From positions 104,708 through 168,707 of the forward strand of contig JAVKIP010000004.1 in assembly GCA_031459385.1 (NCBI GenBank): DNA of 64,000 nucleotides. Reading direction: 5' to 3'. Position 1 is the stretch's first letter, and each line of letters opens with the position of its first letter. This document shows, piece by piece, positions 39,158 through 49,533 of this stretch. Position numbers and translations under genes: made by a program. Source of the stretch: Candidatus Fervidifonticultor secundus. Lineage in GTDB: Bacteria > Sysuimicrobiota > Sysuimicrobiia > Sysuimicrobiales > Humicultoraceae. The notes under the pieces were generated by a model that saw nothing but the letters and a program-made list of their open reading frames with translations, had not been told where the DNA came from and ran no database searches.

Positions 39158-40600
39158 GTGCCGGAAGCCACGCCACGGCGCCGGCGAACCGCGGTCCTGG
39201 TCCCGCGCCCGGAGCGCCCCACCCGGCATCCGCGACACCCGGCGGTGCCACGGGCTGGCGAGCGCCTCACCGTGCGCTTCACCGGCCTCACCATCGACGG
39301 AGCCGCCATCGCCCGCGTGGGCCCGGCCACGGTTTCCGTGCCGTTCGGCGTGCCTGGCGAGGACGCCCTCGTCGAGGTGACGCGCGGCGGCCGCCGGGCA
39401 GAGGGCCGGCTGGTGGCGCTGCTGCGCAAGTCGGCCGACGTCACGCCGGCCCGCTGCCAGCACTTCGGACGCTGCGGAGGTTGCCAGTGGCAGCATCTGA
39501 TCCCGGACGCCCAGCGCCGCCTCAAGACCCGGCTCGTCCGAGACTTCCTCAAGGAGCATGCCGGCCTGCGCCGCGACCTCGTGGCCGAGACGGTCGGCGG
39601 CGAGGCGTGGGCCTATCGCAGCGTGCTGCGTGCTACGGTCGCCACGCGGGAGGGCCGCGCCGTCGTCGGGTTCCACACTGCGGGTGGAACACGCGTCGTC
39701 GACGTGGCCGCCTGCCCGGTGCAGCACCCGGCCAACGAGGCGATCCTCCACGCCGTGCGTCGCGCGGTGCGCGGCCTGCGCTGGCCGCCGTACGATCGCA
39801 CGACGGGCCAGGGGCTCGTGCGCGGGGTGCTGGGGCTGGCGGCGTTCGCGACCGGCGAGGCGCTGCTGGTGGTCTCTACCGCTCGCGCGCTCCCCGATCC
39901 CACGGCGCTCGTGCACGCGCTCATCGACCGCGTCCCCGGGCTCGTGGGCATCCTGCACACGATCCAGCCTGCCCCGACCCTGGAGCTGCTGGGCAAGCGC
40001 GTACGGTTGCTCTGGGGCCGCGCCTACATCGAAGACGAGGTGGCTGGCTACCGGCTCCGCCTGCGGTCGGACGGCGATCTGCCGCCGAATCCGGGCGCGC
40101 TGCGGCTCCTGCTGGACGCCATCGTCCGCCTGGCGGCGCCCGGCCCGCGCGACGCCGTCCTCGACCTGCACGCCAGCACGCCCTTGCCGGCCCTGGCCCT
40201 GGCGGGTCAGGCGCAGGTGGCCACCGGCCTGGTGCCGGGCCGGCGGCTGCTGGAGGATTATCGCGCGGCTGCCGCGAGCAACGGCGTACCCAATGCGGTC
40301 TTCGTCGCGGGCGACCCCGTGAGGTACCTGGCGCGCCTGACGGCCCGCGGCCGCACGCCGCAGGTCGTGCTCGCCGAGAGCCGCGGCGTGGGCCTCGAGC
40401 CGGCGCTGGTGGCCGCCGTGGCCGGCTGCGGGGTGCCGCGGGTGGTGAGCGTGACCCGCTCGCTGGCTGCCTGCGCGCACGATCTGGCCGCCTGGCAGCG
40501 CGCCGGCTACCGCGTGGAGCACCTCCAGCCCGTGGACCTCCTGCCGCACACGAGCCACGTGCACGTCGTCGCCAGCCTGCACCGGATCGCGCGCACCTGA
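39158..40600 (+). CDS. RlmD/RumA-family protein with degenerate catalytic motifs
   Basis: TRAM domain, Fe-S cysteines 'CQHFGRCGGC...CPV' and 'WAYR' are kept; SAM-binding and catalytic motifs are substituted. Confidence 0.8.
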   Translation: MPEATPRRRRTAVLVPRPERPTRHPRHPAVPRAGERLTVRFTGLTIDGAAIARVGPATVSVPFGVPGEDALVEVTRGGRRAEGRLVALLRKSADVTPARCQHFGRCGGCQWQHLIPDAQRRLKTRLVRDFLKEHAGLRRDLVAETVGGEAWAYRSVLRATVATREGRAVVGFHTAGGTRVVDVAACPVQHPANEAILHAVRRAVRGLRWPPYDRTTGQGLVRGVLGLAAFATGEALLVVSTARALPDPTALVHALIDRVPGLVGILHTIQPAPTLELLGKRVRLLWGRAYIEDEVAGYRLRLRSDGDLPPNPGALRLLLDAIVRLAAPGPRDAVLDLHASTPLPALALAGQAQVATGLVPGRRLLEDYRAAAASNGVPNAVFVAGDPVRYLARLTARGRTPQVVLAESRGVGLEPALVAAVAGCGVPRVVSVTRSLAACAHDLAAWQRAGYRVEHLQPVDLLPHTSHVHVVASLHRIART

Positions 40601-40653
40601 GCGGGCGCGCGGCCCACGGATGGGCAGCCTGTGCTACAATCTCCGGTGAGCCC

Positions 40654-43600
40654 ATGCCCGATGCCTTCGTCCACTGCCATCTGCACACCGAGTACTCCCT
40701 GCTCGACGGTGCCGCGCGGATCGAGCCGCTCATCAAGGCGGCGGCGGCCATGGGCATGCCGGCGGTCGCCATCACCGATCACGGCGCGATGTACGGCGCC
40801 ATCGAGTTCTACCTCCAGGCGCGGGCGCACGGACTGAAACCCATCATCGGCGTGGAGGCCTACGTCGCTCCCCGCCGGCACACCGACCGCGATCCGAAGC
40901 TGGACGCGGTCCCCGCACACCTGGTCCTGCTGGCCACCGACCTGCAGGGCTACCGCAACCTGCTGCGCCTGACGACGCACGCCCACCTCGACGGGTTCTA
41001 CTACAAGCCGCGCATCGACCGCGAGCTGCTGGCGCGGCACCACCAGGGGCTGGTCGCCCTGTCGGGATGCCTGCAGGGCGAGGTGACGCGGGCGCTGCTG
41101 CGCGACGACTACCGGGCCGCCCGCGACGTTGCCGCTGCTTACCGCGAGATCTTCGGGCCCGAGCGCTTCTTCCTCGAGGTGCAGGATCACGGGTTGCCAG
41201 AGCAGCGGGTGAACATCCAGGGGATGCGGCGGCTGGCCGCCGAGCTGGGGCTCCCGCTGGTGGCCACCAACGACGTGCACTACGTCCGGCAGGACGAGGC
41301 CGAAGCGCAGGACGCCCTGATGTGCATCCAGATGAACATCACCTTGGAGGCGACCGACAAGCCGCGGATGGGCGCGGTCCCCGAGTTCTACCTGAAGAGC
41401 CCCGAGGAGATGGCGCGCCGATTCGCCGAGCTGCCGGAAGCGCTGCGGGCGTCAGTGGAGATCGCCGAGCGGGTGCACCTGGAGCTGGAGCTGGGCCGGC
41501 CCAAGCTGCCCCACTTCCCCGTGCCGGAGGGCGAGACACCAGATGGGTACCTGCGGCGGTTGTGCGAGGAGGGCCTGCGGCGGGTCTACGGGCGGCCCAC
41601 CCCGCAGGCGCAGGCGCGCCTGGACGACGAACTGCGCGTCATCGCCCAGATGGGATACGCCGCCTACTTCCTCATCGTCTGGGACTTCGTGACGTTCGCC
41701 CGGCGCCGCGGCATCCTCACCACGGTCCGGGGGTCGGCGGCCGGCAGCCTGGTGCTCTACACCCTGGGCGTCACCGACGTCGATCCGCTCCACTACCGGC
41801 TGCCGTTCGAGCGCTTCCTGAACCTGGAACGCTACACGATGCCGGACATCGACGTCGACTTCATGGACAGCCGCCGCGACGAGGTGATCCGCTACGTGAT
41901 CGACAAGTACGGCGCCGACCACGTGGCCCAGATCATCACCTTCGGCACCATGGGCGCGCGCCAGGCCGTGCGCGACATCGGCCGCGTCATGGGCCTGCCC
42001 TACGGCGACGTGGACCGGATCGCCAAGCTCATCCCGTTCAACGCCACGATCGACGAGGCCGAGCGGGCCGATCCCGAGCTGCGCCGCGCCGCCGACGAAC
42101 ACCCCCCCATCCGGCGGCTGCTGGAACTCGCGCGCCGGCTGGAAGGCGTGGCCCGGCACGCCAGCACCCACGCGGCCGGCGTCATCATCTCGCGCGACCC
42201 GCTCACGGAGCTGGTGCCCCTCCAGCGCGCGACCCGCGGCGATCTGGTGATGACCCAGTACGACATGGACGCCGTGGAGAGGATCGGGCTCCTCAAGATG
42301 GACTTCCTGGGGCTGTCGTACCTGACGATCCTCCACCGTGCGCTGAAGATCATCGAGCGTACCCGCGGAGTCGCCATAGACCTGAAGACCATCCCGCTGG
42401 ACGATCGCGCGACGTTCGACCTCCTCTCCCGCGGCGACACGGTCGGGATCTTCCAGCTGGAAGGCGCGGGGATGACGCGGTACCTGAAGGAGCTCAAGCC
42501 GACCCGCATCGAGGACATCTTTGCCATGGTGGCCCTCTTCCGGCCGGGCCCCATGGCCAACATCCCGGCCTACATCCGCCGCAAGCACGGCGTCGAAGCC
42601 ATCACGTACCTGCATCCGCTGATGGAGCCGGTGCTGGCCGATACCTACGGCGTGATGGTCTACCAGGAAGACGTCATGGCGGTCTGCCAGGCGGTCGCCG
42701 GCTTCACGCTGGCCGAGGCAGACGTCCTCTGCTACGCCATTCGCAAGAAGATCAAGGACCGTCTGGAAGCGCAGCGCGAGAAGTTCCTGGCCGGCTGCCG
42801 CCAGCAGGGGGTGTCCCGCAGGACTGCCGATCAGATCTGGGAGCAGTTCGAGCCGTTCGCGCGCTACGGGTTCAATCGGGCCCACGCCGCCTGCTACGGG
42901 CTGATCGCCTACCAGACCGCTTACCTGAAGGCGCACTACCCGGCCGAGTACATGGCCGCCGTCCTGGGCGTCGAGGCGCAGGGACAGGAGTGGATGGCCA
43001 AGGTCGCCGGGGCTGTCGCCGAATGCCAGCGCATGGGCATTCCGGTGCTGCCGCCGGATATCAACGCATCCGCCGATACGTTCACCGTCGTGGGCGACAC
43101 GGTCCGGTTCGGGCTCGCGGCGGTCAAGCACGTCGGCCAGGGCGCGGTGGAGGAGATCCTGCGGGCGCGGGCCGCGGGCGGACCGTTCCGCTCCCTGCCC
43201 GACCTCGTCGCGCGGGTGGATGGCCGGGTGGTCAACAAGCGCGTCCTGGAGAGCCTGATCAAGGCCGGCGCGTTCGACTCCCTGGGCCGGCCGCGGGCAG
43301 CGCTCTTGCAGGACCTGGACGGCGCCCTGAGCACCGGCCAGCGGCTGGCCAGGGGGCGGGCGGCTGCCCAGACCGGGTTGTTCGTGGACGCCGACGGGGC
43401 CGGCGAGCCCGATGCCGTGTCGGCGGCTGTGGAGGAGTTCTCCAAGGCCGAACTGCTGGCCATGGAGAAGGACATGCTCGGGTTGTACATCTCTGACCAC
43501 CCGCTGGCGGCCGTCCGGGAGCGGCTGGCGGCGCGCGTCTCGGCGACGATCGACCAGCTCGCGGAGCTGCGCGACCGCAGCGAGGTGGTCATCGGCGGGT

Positions 43601-44112
43601 TGATCACGGGACTGAAGCGGACCGCCACCCGGGCCGGCGCGGCCATGGCTTTCCTCACCCTGGAGGATCTCACCGGCAGCGTCGAGGTCATCGTGTTTCC
43701 CAAGACCTACGAGGCCGCCCACCTCCTGCTCAAGCGCGATGCCATCGTGCTCGTGCGTGGGCGGCTGGACGTGGCCGAGCAGGAGGCGAAGGTGCTGGCC
43801 GACGCGGTGCTGCCTCTCGATGACGCGCCGGGGGCCGCAGCCCCAGCGCCGGAGCCCGACGGCGGCGCCGAGGTGCTGCACGTCCTGCTCGACGCGGACC
43901 GGCATGGGGAGGCGGGGATGCAGCGCCTGCGCGCGCTCCTCCAGCGGCACACCGGGGACCGCAAGGTGCTCCTGACCGTGCGCACGGCCGGCCGGGAGGT
44001 CCGCATGCAGGCAGGTGCCCTCGGCGTGGCCCCCGGGCCACGAGTCGTCCAGGCGATCGAGGCGCTGCTGGGACCCGACACTGCCCGGTGGGTGCCGGCC
44101 AGGCATGGCTGA
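40654..44112 (+). CDS. dnaE: DNA polymerase III alpha subunit
   Basis: PHP 'HLHTEYSLLDG', 'MPDIDVDF', 'LLKMDFLGL', 'YGFNRAHA'; TGcTACAAT upstream. Confidence 0.98.
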   Translation: MPDAFVHCHLHTEYSLLDGAARIEPLIKAAAAMGMPAVAITDHGAMYGAIEFYLQARAHGLKPIIGVEAYVAPRRHTDRDPKLDAVPAHLVLLATDLQGYRNLLRLTTHAHLDGFYYKPRIDRELLARHHQGLVALSGCLQGEVTRALLRDDYRAARDVAAAYREIFGPERFFLEVQDHGLPEQRVNIQGMRRLAAELGLPLVATNDVHYVRQDEAEAQDALMCIQMNITLEATDKPRMGAVPEFYLKSPEEMARRFAELPEALRASVEIAERVHLELELGRPKLPHFPVPEGETPDGYLRRLCEEGLRRVYGRPTPQAQARLDDELRVIAQMGYAAYFLIVWDFVTFARRRGILTTVRGSAAGSLVLYTLGVTDVDPLHYRLPFERFLNLERYTMPDIDVDFMDSRRDEVIRYVIDKYGADHVAQIITFGTMGARQAVRDIGRVMGLPYGDVDRIAKLIPFNATIDEAERADPELRRAADEHPPIRRLLELARRLEGVARHASTHAAGVIISRDPLTELVPLQRATRGDLVMTQYDMDAVERIGLLKMDFLGLSYLTILHRALKIIERTRGVAIDLKTIPLDDRATFDLLSRGDTVGIFQLEGAGMTRYLKELKPTRIEDIFAMVALFRPGPMANIPAYIRRKHGVEAITYLHPLMEPVLADTYGVMVYQEDVMAVCQAVAGFTLAEADVLCYAIRKKIKDRLEAQREKFLAGCRQQGVSRRTADQIWEQFEPFARYGFNRAHAACYGLIAYQTAYLKAHYPAEYMAAVLGVEAQGQEWMAKVAGAVAECQRMGIPVLPPDINASADTFTVVGDTVRFGLAAVKHVGQGAVEEILRARAAGGPFRSLPDLVARVDGRVVNKRVLESLIKAGAFDSLGRPRAALLQDLDGALSTGQRLARGRAAAQTGLFVDADGAGEPDAVSAAVEEFSKAELLAMEKDMLGLYISDHPLAAVRERLAARVSATIDQLAELRDRSEVVIGGLITGLKRTATRAGAAMAFLTLEDLTGSVEVIVFPKTYEAAHLLLKRDAIVLVRGRLDVAEQEAKVLADAVLPLDDAPGAAAPAPEPDGGAEVLHVLLDADRHGEAGMQRLRALLQRHTGDRKVLLTVRTAGREVRMQAGALGVAPGPRVVQAIEALLGPDTARWVPARHG

Positions 44113-44719
44113 GCCGCCTGCGACCATGGTCCCGACGCCCCTGGCGCCCTCGGCGCCATCGGGTAGGAAACGCTGGATCGCCGGCGCGCTGGTGGTCGGG
44201 GTCGCCGCGGTCGCCGCCTATCTCGCCGGCACGCGCAGCGTGCCCGTTCCGCGCGATGGCGCCCGGCTCCAGGAGGCGCCTGCCCGCCAGGCGGCGCCGG
44301 CATTCACCCTGCCCTCGCTCCGCGGGGGTCGCGAGATCGCGCTGCGCGACTTCCGCGGGCAGGTCGTGGTGCTGAACTTCTTCGCGTCGTGGTGCAAGCC
44401 GTGCGAGCTGGAGGCGGCCGACCTGCAGCGCACCTGGGAGGCGGTGCAGGGCCAGGGCGTCGTCCTGCTGGGGATCGCCATGCAGGACCGCTATGACGAT
44501 GCCCGGCAGTTCCTCGAGAAGCACGGCCTGACCTACCCGGCAGTCTTCGACCGCGACAACCGCGTCGCGGAGGCCTACCGGATCACGGGGATCCCGACCA
44601 CGGTCTTCATCGACCCCACGGGCCGCATCGCCGGCCGCCACGTGGGCGTGTTCGTGGGCGACGAGGGTCGGGCCCGCCTGCGGGCGCGGATCGAGGCGGC
44701 CCGGCGGGGGGCGCCGTGA
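44105..44719 (+). CDS. TlpA/ResA-family membrane-anchored thiol-disulfide oxidoreductase
   Basis: TM anchor, 'LNFFASWCKPC', 'GIPTTVFID'. Confidence 0.9.
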   Translation: MAEPPATMVPTPLAPSAPSGRKRWIAGALVVGVAAVAAYLAGTRSVPVPRDGARLQEAPARQAAPAFTLPSLRGGREIALRDFRGQVVVLNFFASWCKPCELEAADLQRTWEAVQGQGVVLLGIAMQDRYDDARQFLEKHGLTYPAVFDRDNRVAEAYRITGIPTTVFIDPTGRIAGRHVGVFVGDEGRARLRARIEAARRGAP

Positions 44720-45441
44720 GGGGGACGGCGCGCGCCCGGGTCACCGGCCTCCAGCTCGTGGCCGCCGTCGTGCTGCTGGGGCTGGGGTTCCTGTTCGTGG
44801 TGCAGTTTCGCGCCGGGCGCCTGCTGAGTGCGCAGCCGGAAGTGCCCACGCGCAATATCTACGCCCTGGCCACGTTGCTCCAGCAGGAGCGCGCCGCCCG
44901 CGCCGCCATGGAGCGGCGGGCCGCAGAGCTCTCACAGCAGCTGGCGCAGTACGAGCGCGCCGCGGCCGCCGACAAGACGCTGGCCGCAGCCATGAGCAGA
45001 GAGCTGGACCAGCTGCGGCTGCAGGCCGGCCTGCGGGCGATGCAGGGGCCGGGCGTGACCATCGTGGTGCAGGACGCGCCGCACAAGACGGCCGGGGCAC
45101 CGGTGGTGGTCACCTATCACGACCTGGTGGCGGTCGTCAACGAGCTCTGGGCTGCGGGCGCGGAGGCCGTGGCCGTCAACGGCCAGCGGGTTACCGCGAT
45201 GACGGGGTTCGGCCAGGTCGGCGGCACCATCGTCGTCGACCTCCAGCGCCTCGTGGGACCCTTCACCATCGTGGCCCTCGGCGATCCGGCCACGCTGGAG
45301 GGAGCGCTCACCATCCGCGGTGGGGTGGTGGAGGGGCTCCGCGCCCTGGGACTCTCCCTCACCATCACGCGCCACGGCACCGTGACCGTTCCCGCCCACC
45401 GTGGCGGCGTGAAGTTCGAGCATGCGCGGCCCGTCCCCTGA
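44716..45441 (+). CDS. DUF881 domain-containing protein
   Basis: 'AGL..MQGPGVTI.VQD', 'VVNELWAAGAEAVAVNGQR'. Confidence 0.9.
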   Translation: MRGTARARVTGLQLVAAVVLLGLGFLFVVQFRAGRLLSAQPEVPTRNIYALATLLQQERAARAAMERRAAELSQQLAQYERAAAADKTLAAAMSRELDQLRLQAGLRAMQGPGVTIVVQDAPHKTAGAPVVVTYHDLVAVVNELWAAGAEAVAVNGQRVTAMTGFGQVGGTIVVDLQRLVGPFTIVALGDPATLEGALTIRGGVVEGLRALGLSLTITRHGTVTVPAHRGGVKFEHARPVP

Positions 45442-46558
45442 CGGGGTCTACGACGTCGTCATCGCCGGCGCGTCGTTCGCGGGCCTGGCCGCCGCGCGGG
45501 CGCTCGCCTCCGGCACGAGCCCGGCGCAGGCGCGGGGCGCGGCTCGCGGGCACCGGGTGCTGCTGGTGGACGCGCGGCCGATCGGCGAGGGCGTGACCTC
45601 GGCCTGCGCCGCGCCGGTGCGGATCGTGCGGATGATGGGCGCCGAGGCGTCGATCGCGCAGGTGCACGACGCCCTCGTCATTCACACGCCCGGCGGCCGG
45701 ACGCGCTGGCTCCTGCCCGAGCCCTTCTGCACCTTCGACTACCGGACGTTCTGCCGCTGTGCGGCCGCGGGGTGCACCGCTGAGGTGCGCGTCGCCATCG
45801 TGCGCGGCCACGAGGGCAGGCGGGTCCTGACGTCTGCCGGCGCAGTAGAGACCCGGTTCATGATCGACGCCACAGGGCCGCGCGCGGCCCTGGCGGGGCC
45901 GGGGCGGCCCCGGTACGTCGCCTTCGGGCTCGAGTCGGAGATCCCCCACGCCGTCGAACCCGGACTGCACTTCTACTTCGTGCCGGAACTCCCGGACGGC
46001 TACGCCTGGGCGTTTCCGGCCGGCCCGGTAACGCGCTTCGGCGTGCTCTCGTATCGCGGCCGCACCAAGCTGCTCCCGGCCCTGCGCCGGTTCATGGACC
46101 GGTTCGGCGCGCAGCCGGGTGAGCTGCACGGCGGATATCTTGCCACGGGATGGACCGGCGGACTCGCCGGGGCCGTGTTCGCGATCGGGGACGCCGCCGG
46201 CCACTGCCTGCCGCTGTCCGGCGAAGGCATCCGCACCGCGGTGCTGGCCGGCTGGCGCTGCGGGGCGTTGCTCCGGCGGGTGCTCGACGGTGACCGAACC
46301 GAAGCGCAGGCCCGGGATGCCTACCGGGCGTTCGTCGCGGCCGCACGCCGGCGCTATCGGGGGTTGCTGGTGGGGAACCTCCTGCTGCTGTGGGTGCCGC
46401 GGCGGACGCTGGCCCCTGCGGCGCGGTGGCTGGGGCGGCCGGGGGCGCGGCGGTGGTTCTTCAAGCACTACATGGGCATCTTCGATGAGGTGCCCTTCGC
46501 GGGCGAGGAGGAGGCGGTCGGCCGACCACAATCTGCCGCGTCGGTCCCGTGCCGATGA
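45422..46558 (+). CDS. FAD-dependent oxidoreductase (geranylgeranyl reductase-like)
   Basis: 'DVVIAGASFAGL', 'GYAWAFP', 'IGDAAGHCLPLSGEGI'. Confidence 0.8.
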   Translation: MRGPSPDGVYDVVIAGASFAGLAAARALASGTSPAQARGAARGHRVLLVDARPIGEGVTSACAAPVRIVRMMGAEASIAQVHDALVIHTPGGRTRWLLPEPFCTFDYRTFCRCAAAGCTAEVRVAIVRGHEGRRVLTSAGAVETRFMIDATGPRAALAGPGRPRYVAFGLESEIPHAVEPGLHFYFVPELPDGYAWAFPAGPVTRFGVLSYRGRTKLLPALRRFMDRFGAQPGELHGGYLATGWTGGLAGAVFAIGDAAGHCLPLSGEGIRTAVLAGWRCGALLRRVLDGDRTEAQARDAYRAFVAAARRRYRGLLVGNLLLLWVPRRTLAPAARWLGRPGARRWFFKHYMGIFDEVPFAGEEEAVGRPQSAASVPCR

Positions 46559-46570
46559 CCTCCTGCAGCC

Positions 46571-46656
46571 TGGTGCCGGGGGCGGGATTTGAACCCGCAC
46601 GGGGTTTCCCCCATCGGCTTTTGAGGCCGACGTGTCTGCGATTCCACCACCCCGGC
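46571..46656 (-). tRNA. tRNA-Leu(CAA)
   Basis: Cloverleaf GCCGGGG...CCCCGGC-ACCA; anticodon loop CT-CAA-AA; long variable arm; D-loop lacks GG. Confidence 0.9.
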
Positions 46657-46805
46657 GAGCGCGTGTACCGATCCCGGAGCAATCCTACGGTATCGCCGAC
46701 GCGAAATCAACGGCATCGGGCGCGTGTGCCCTCGATCCGTCCGCCGAGCGTGACGCGCCTCGACGCCCTCCGTGCCCGTGGCGTATCCTGGAGCATGGCC
46801 TGACG

Positions 46806-49487
46806 ATGCGGCAGCCCCCGCCAGTGGTGCCCGTGAGTGGAACGCTCGTCCTGCTCGATACCAACGGCCTGATCTACCGGGCGTTCTACGCCCTCCCCTA
46901 CCTGACCACGTCATCCGGGCGTCCCACGAACGCTGTCTACGGCCTGACGGCCATGGTCCTCAAGGTGCTGGAGGACGAGCGGCCCGATTACATCGCCGCC
47001 GCGTTCGACCGGCCGGAACCGACCTTTCGGCACGAGCGGTACGAGGCCTACAAGGCGCACCGGGAGGCCATGCCCGACGACCTCCGGCCCCAGGTGGCCA
47101 CCGCCAAACAGGTGCTCGAAGCGCTGAGGATCCCCATCGTCGAGGTGCCGGGGTACGAGGCCGACGACGTCATCGCCACGCTGGCGCGCCGCGCCGTGGC
47201 CGACGGCCTCGAGGTCCTGATCGTCAGCGGCGACCTCGACACGCTGCAGCTGGTGGACGGCCGGATCCGCGTCATGGTCACGAGCCGCGGGGTCACCGAC
47301 ACGGTGGTGTACGACGAGGCGCGCGTACGCCAGCGCTTCGGCTTCGCCCCGGCACGCCTGCCCGACTACAAGAGCCTGCGGGGCGACCCCAGCGACAACA
47401 TCCCGGGGGTGCCGGGCGTCGGCGCGAAGACCGCCGCCGCCCTCATTCAGCAGTTCGATACCGTCGAGCAGCTCCTGGCGCGCCTGGCCGAAGTGCCGCC
47501 GAAGCTGCGGGAGCCGCTGGAGCGGGCGGCCGACCAGGTCCGGGAGAGCAAGGCGCTCGCGACGCTGGCGACAGACGTGCCCCTGGCGGTCGACTGGGAG
47601 GCGCTGCGCGTTCGCGCCCCGGACTGGGCGAGGGTCGAGGCGCTCTTTTCCGAGCTCGAGTTCCGCGTCTTCCTGGAACGCCTGCGCGCCCGGGCAGAGG
47701 CGTCCGTGGCCCCCGGTGAGCCGGCGGTCGCCAGCGGGGCGCACACTGCGGTCGCCCCCGGCGAGGCCACCGCGGCCGCCAGCGCGGGCGACCTGGTGCG
47801 CCTGGCCCGAGCCGGCGGGCGCATCGGCGTCGCCTTCGCCCGCGGCGAGGGGCATCCACTGACGGCGCCGCTGCTGGCCGTCGGGGTGGCCTCGGCGGCC
47901 GGCGCGGCGTGGCTGGGGCTCGACGGCGACCGTCTCCCCCCGGAGATCGCGGCCGTGCTGGAGGATCCGACGGTGCGCAAGGTCAGCGCCGACGTGAAGG
48001 GTGACCTGCTCACGCTCGAAGGCCGCGGCGTGCGCCCAGCCGGGTTCGACTTCGACGTGGGCATCGCCTCGTATCTCCTGAACCCCGGCAAGCGCACCCA
48101 CACGCTGGCTACGGCGGCGCGTGAATTCCTCGGCCTCGACCTGGACGCGGACCGGGGGGGGCGGCCGGATGCCCTCGATGGCGTGTGGGCGGCCCGGGCG
48201 GCGGCAGCCCTGCTGCGTCTGCGCGAGGTCCTGGAGCCGCGCCTGGAAGAGCGGCAGCTGGACCGGCTGTTCGCGGAGGTGGAGCTGCCGCTGGCGGCTG
48301 TGCTGGCCGAGATGGAGCGTCACGGCGTCGCCGTCGATCTGCCGTACCTGGCTGCGCTGGGCGACGAGCTCGGCGCCCGCCTGGCAGCTGTGGAACGCGA
48401 GATCTATGCCCTGGTGGGCACCGAGTTCAACATCGGCTCGCCCCGGCAGCTGGCCTTCGTGCTGTTCGAGAAGCTCCAGTTGCCGCCGGTCAAGCGCACC
48501 AAGACCGGCTACTCCACCGACGCCGAGGTCCTGGAGGCGCTGGCGTCCCGACACGAGGTGGTGGCGAAGATCCTGGAGCACCGCGAGCTGGCCAAGCTCA
48601 AGTCCACCTATGTGGATGTCCTGCCGCGCCTGGCCGACGCGCGTACCGGCCGCGTCCACACCACCTTCAACCAGACCCTGGCAGCCACGGGCCGCGTGAT
48701 CACGGAATCGCCCAACCTGCAGAACCTCCCCATCCGCACCGAGGAGGGCCGGAAGATCCGGCGGGCGATCATCGCCCCGGCGGGGATGGTCCTGCTCAGC
48801 GCCGACTACTCGCAGATCGACCTGCGGGTGCTGGCCCACGTCACCGGCGACCCCGGGCTGGTCGACGCCTTCGCCCGGGGCGACGACATCCACGCGGTCA
48901 TCGCGGCGGAGGTGTTCGGCGTCGCGCGTCAGGCCGTCACCCCGGAACTGCGCCGCCGGGCCAAGACGATCGTCTTCGGGGTCGCCTACGGCATGAGCGA
49001 GCACGGCCTGGCTTTGCAGCTGGGGATCGACCGCGCGCAGGCCCGGGCGTTCATCGAGCGGTACTACGCCCGGTTCCCGGGCGTCCGTCAGTACATGCAG
49101 CAGGTCGTCGAGCAGGCCCGGCGCGATGGCTTCGTGACCACCGTGCTCAACCGCCGGCGCTACCTGCCTGACCTGCGCAGCCGGAACCGTCAGGTCCGGG
49201 AGGCGGCGGAGCGGACAGCCATCAACACGCCGATCCAGGGCTCCAGCGCCGACATCATCAAGCTGGCGATGCTGGCCATCGCCCGCGAAGTGCCCCCGGC
49301 GCACCCCGGTGTGCGGATGACGCTGCAGATCCACGACGAGCTGCTCTTCGAGGTGCCCGACGGCGCGGAGGAGACCGTGGCGCGCCAGGTGGTGGCGCTC
49401 ATGCAGCGCGCCTACCCGCTGCGGGTGCCGCTGGTGGCCGAGGCCAAAGCCGGGCCCAACTGGGCCGAGATGCGGCCCCTGCCGTGA
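46806..49487 (+). CDS. polA: DNA polymerase I
   Basis: 'LLDTNGLIYRAFYA', 'EADDVI', 'SADYSQI', 'QIHDELLFE'; start may be 46833. Confidence 0.97.
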   Translation: MRQPPPVVPVSGTLVLLDTNGLIYRAFYALPYLTTSSGRPTNAVYGLTAMVLKVLEDERPDYIAAAFDRPEPTFRHERYEAYKAHREAMPDDLRPQVATAKQVLEALRIPIVEVPGYEADDVIATLARRAVADGLEVLIVSGDLDTLQLVDGRIRVMVTSRGVTDTVVYDEARVRQRFGFAPARLPDYKSLRGDPSDNIPGVPGVGAKTAAALIQQFDTVEQLLARLAEVPPKLREPLERAADQVRESKALATLATDVPLAVDWEALRVRAPDWARVEALFSELEFRVFLERLRARAEASVAPGEPAVASGAHTAVAPGEATAAASAGDLVRLARAGGRIGVAFARGEGHPLTAPLLAVGVASAAGAAWLGLDGDRLPPEIAAVLEDPTVRKVSADVKGDLLTLEGRGVRPAGFDFDVGIASYLLNPGKRTHTLATAAREFLGLDLDADRGGRPDALDGVWAARAAAALLRLREVLEPRLEERQLDRLFAEVELPLAAVLAEMERHGVAVDLPYLAALGDELGARLAAVEREIYALVGTEFNIGSPRQLAFVLFEKLQLPPVKRTKTGYSTDAEVLEALASRHEVVAKILEHRELAKLKSTYVDVLPRLADARTGRVHTTFNQTLAATGRVITESPNLQNLPIRTEEGRKIRRAIIAPAGMVLLSADYSQIDLRVLAHVTGDPGLVDAFARGDDIHAVIAAEVFGVARQAVTPELRRRAKTIVFGVAYGMSEHGLALQLGIDRAQARAFIERYYARFPGVRQYMQQVVEQARRDGFVTTVLNRRRYLPDLRSRNRQVREAAERTAINTPIQGSSADIIKLAMLAIAREVPPAHPGVRMTLQIHDELLFEVPDGAEETVARQVVALMQRAYPLRVPLVAEAKAGPNWAEMRPLP

Positions 49488-49533
49488 CGGGTCGCCGGCA
49501 TGACGGGCGTGGGGTCATGCCCCACCCTGGGGC

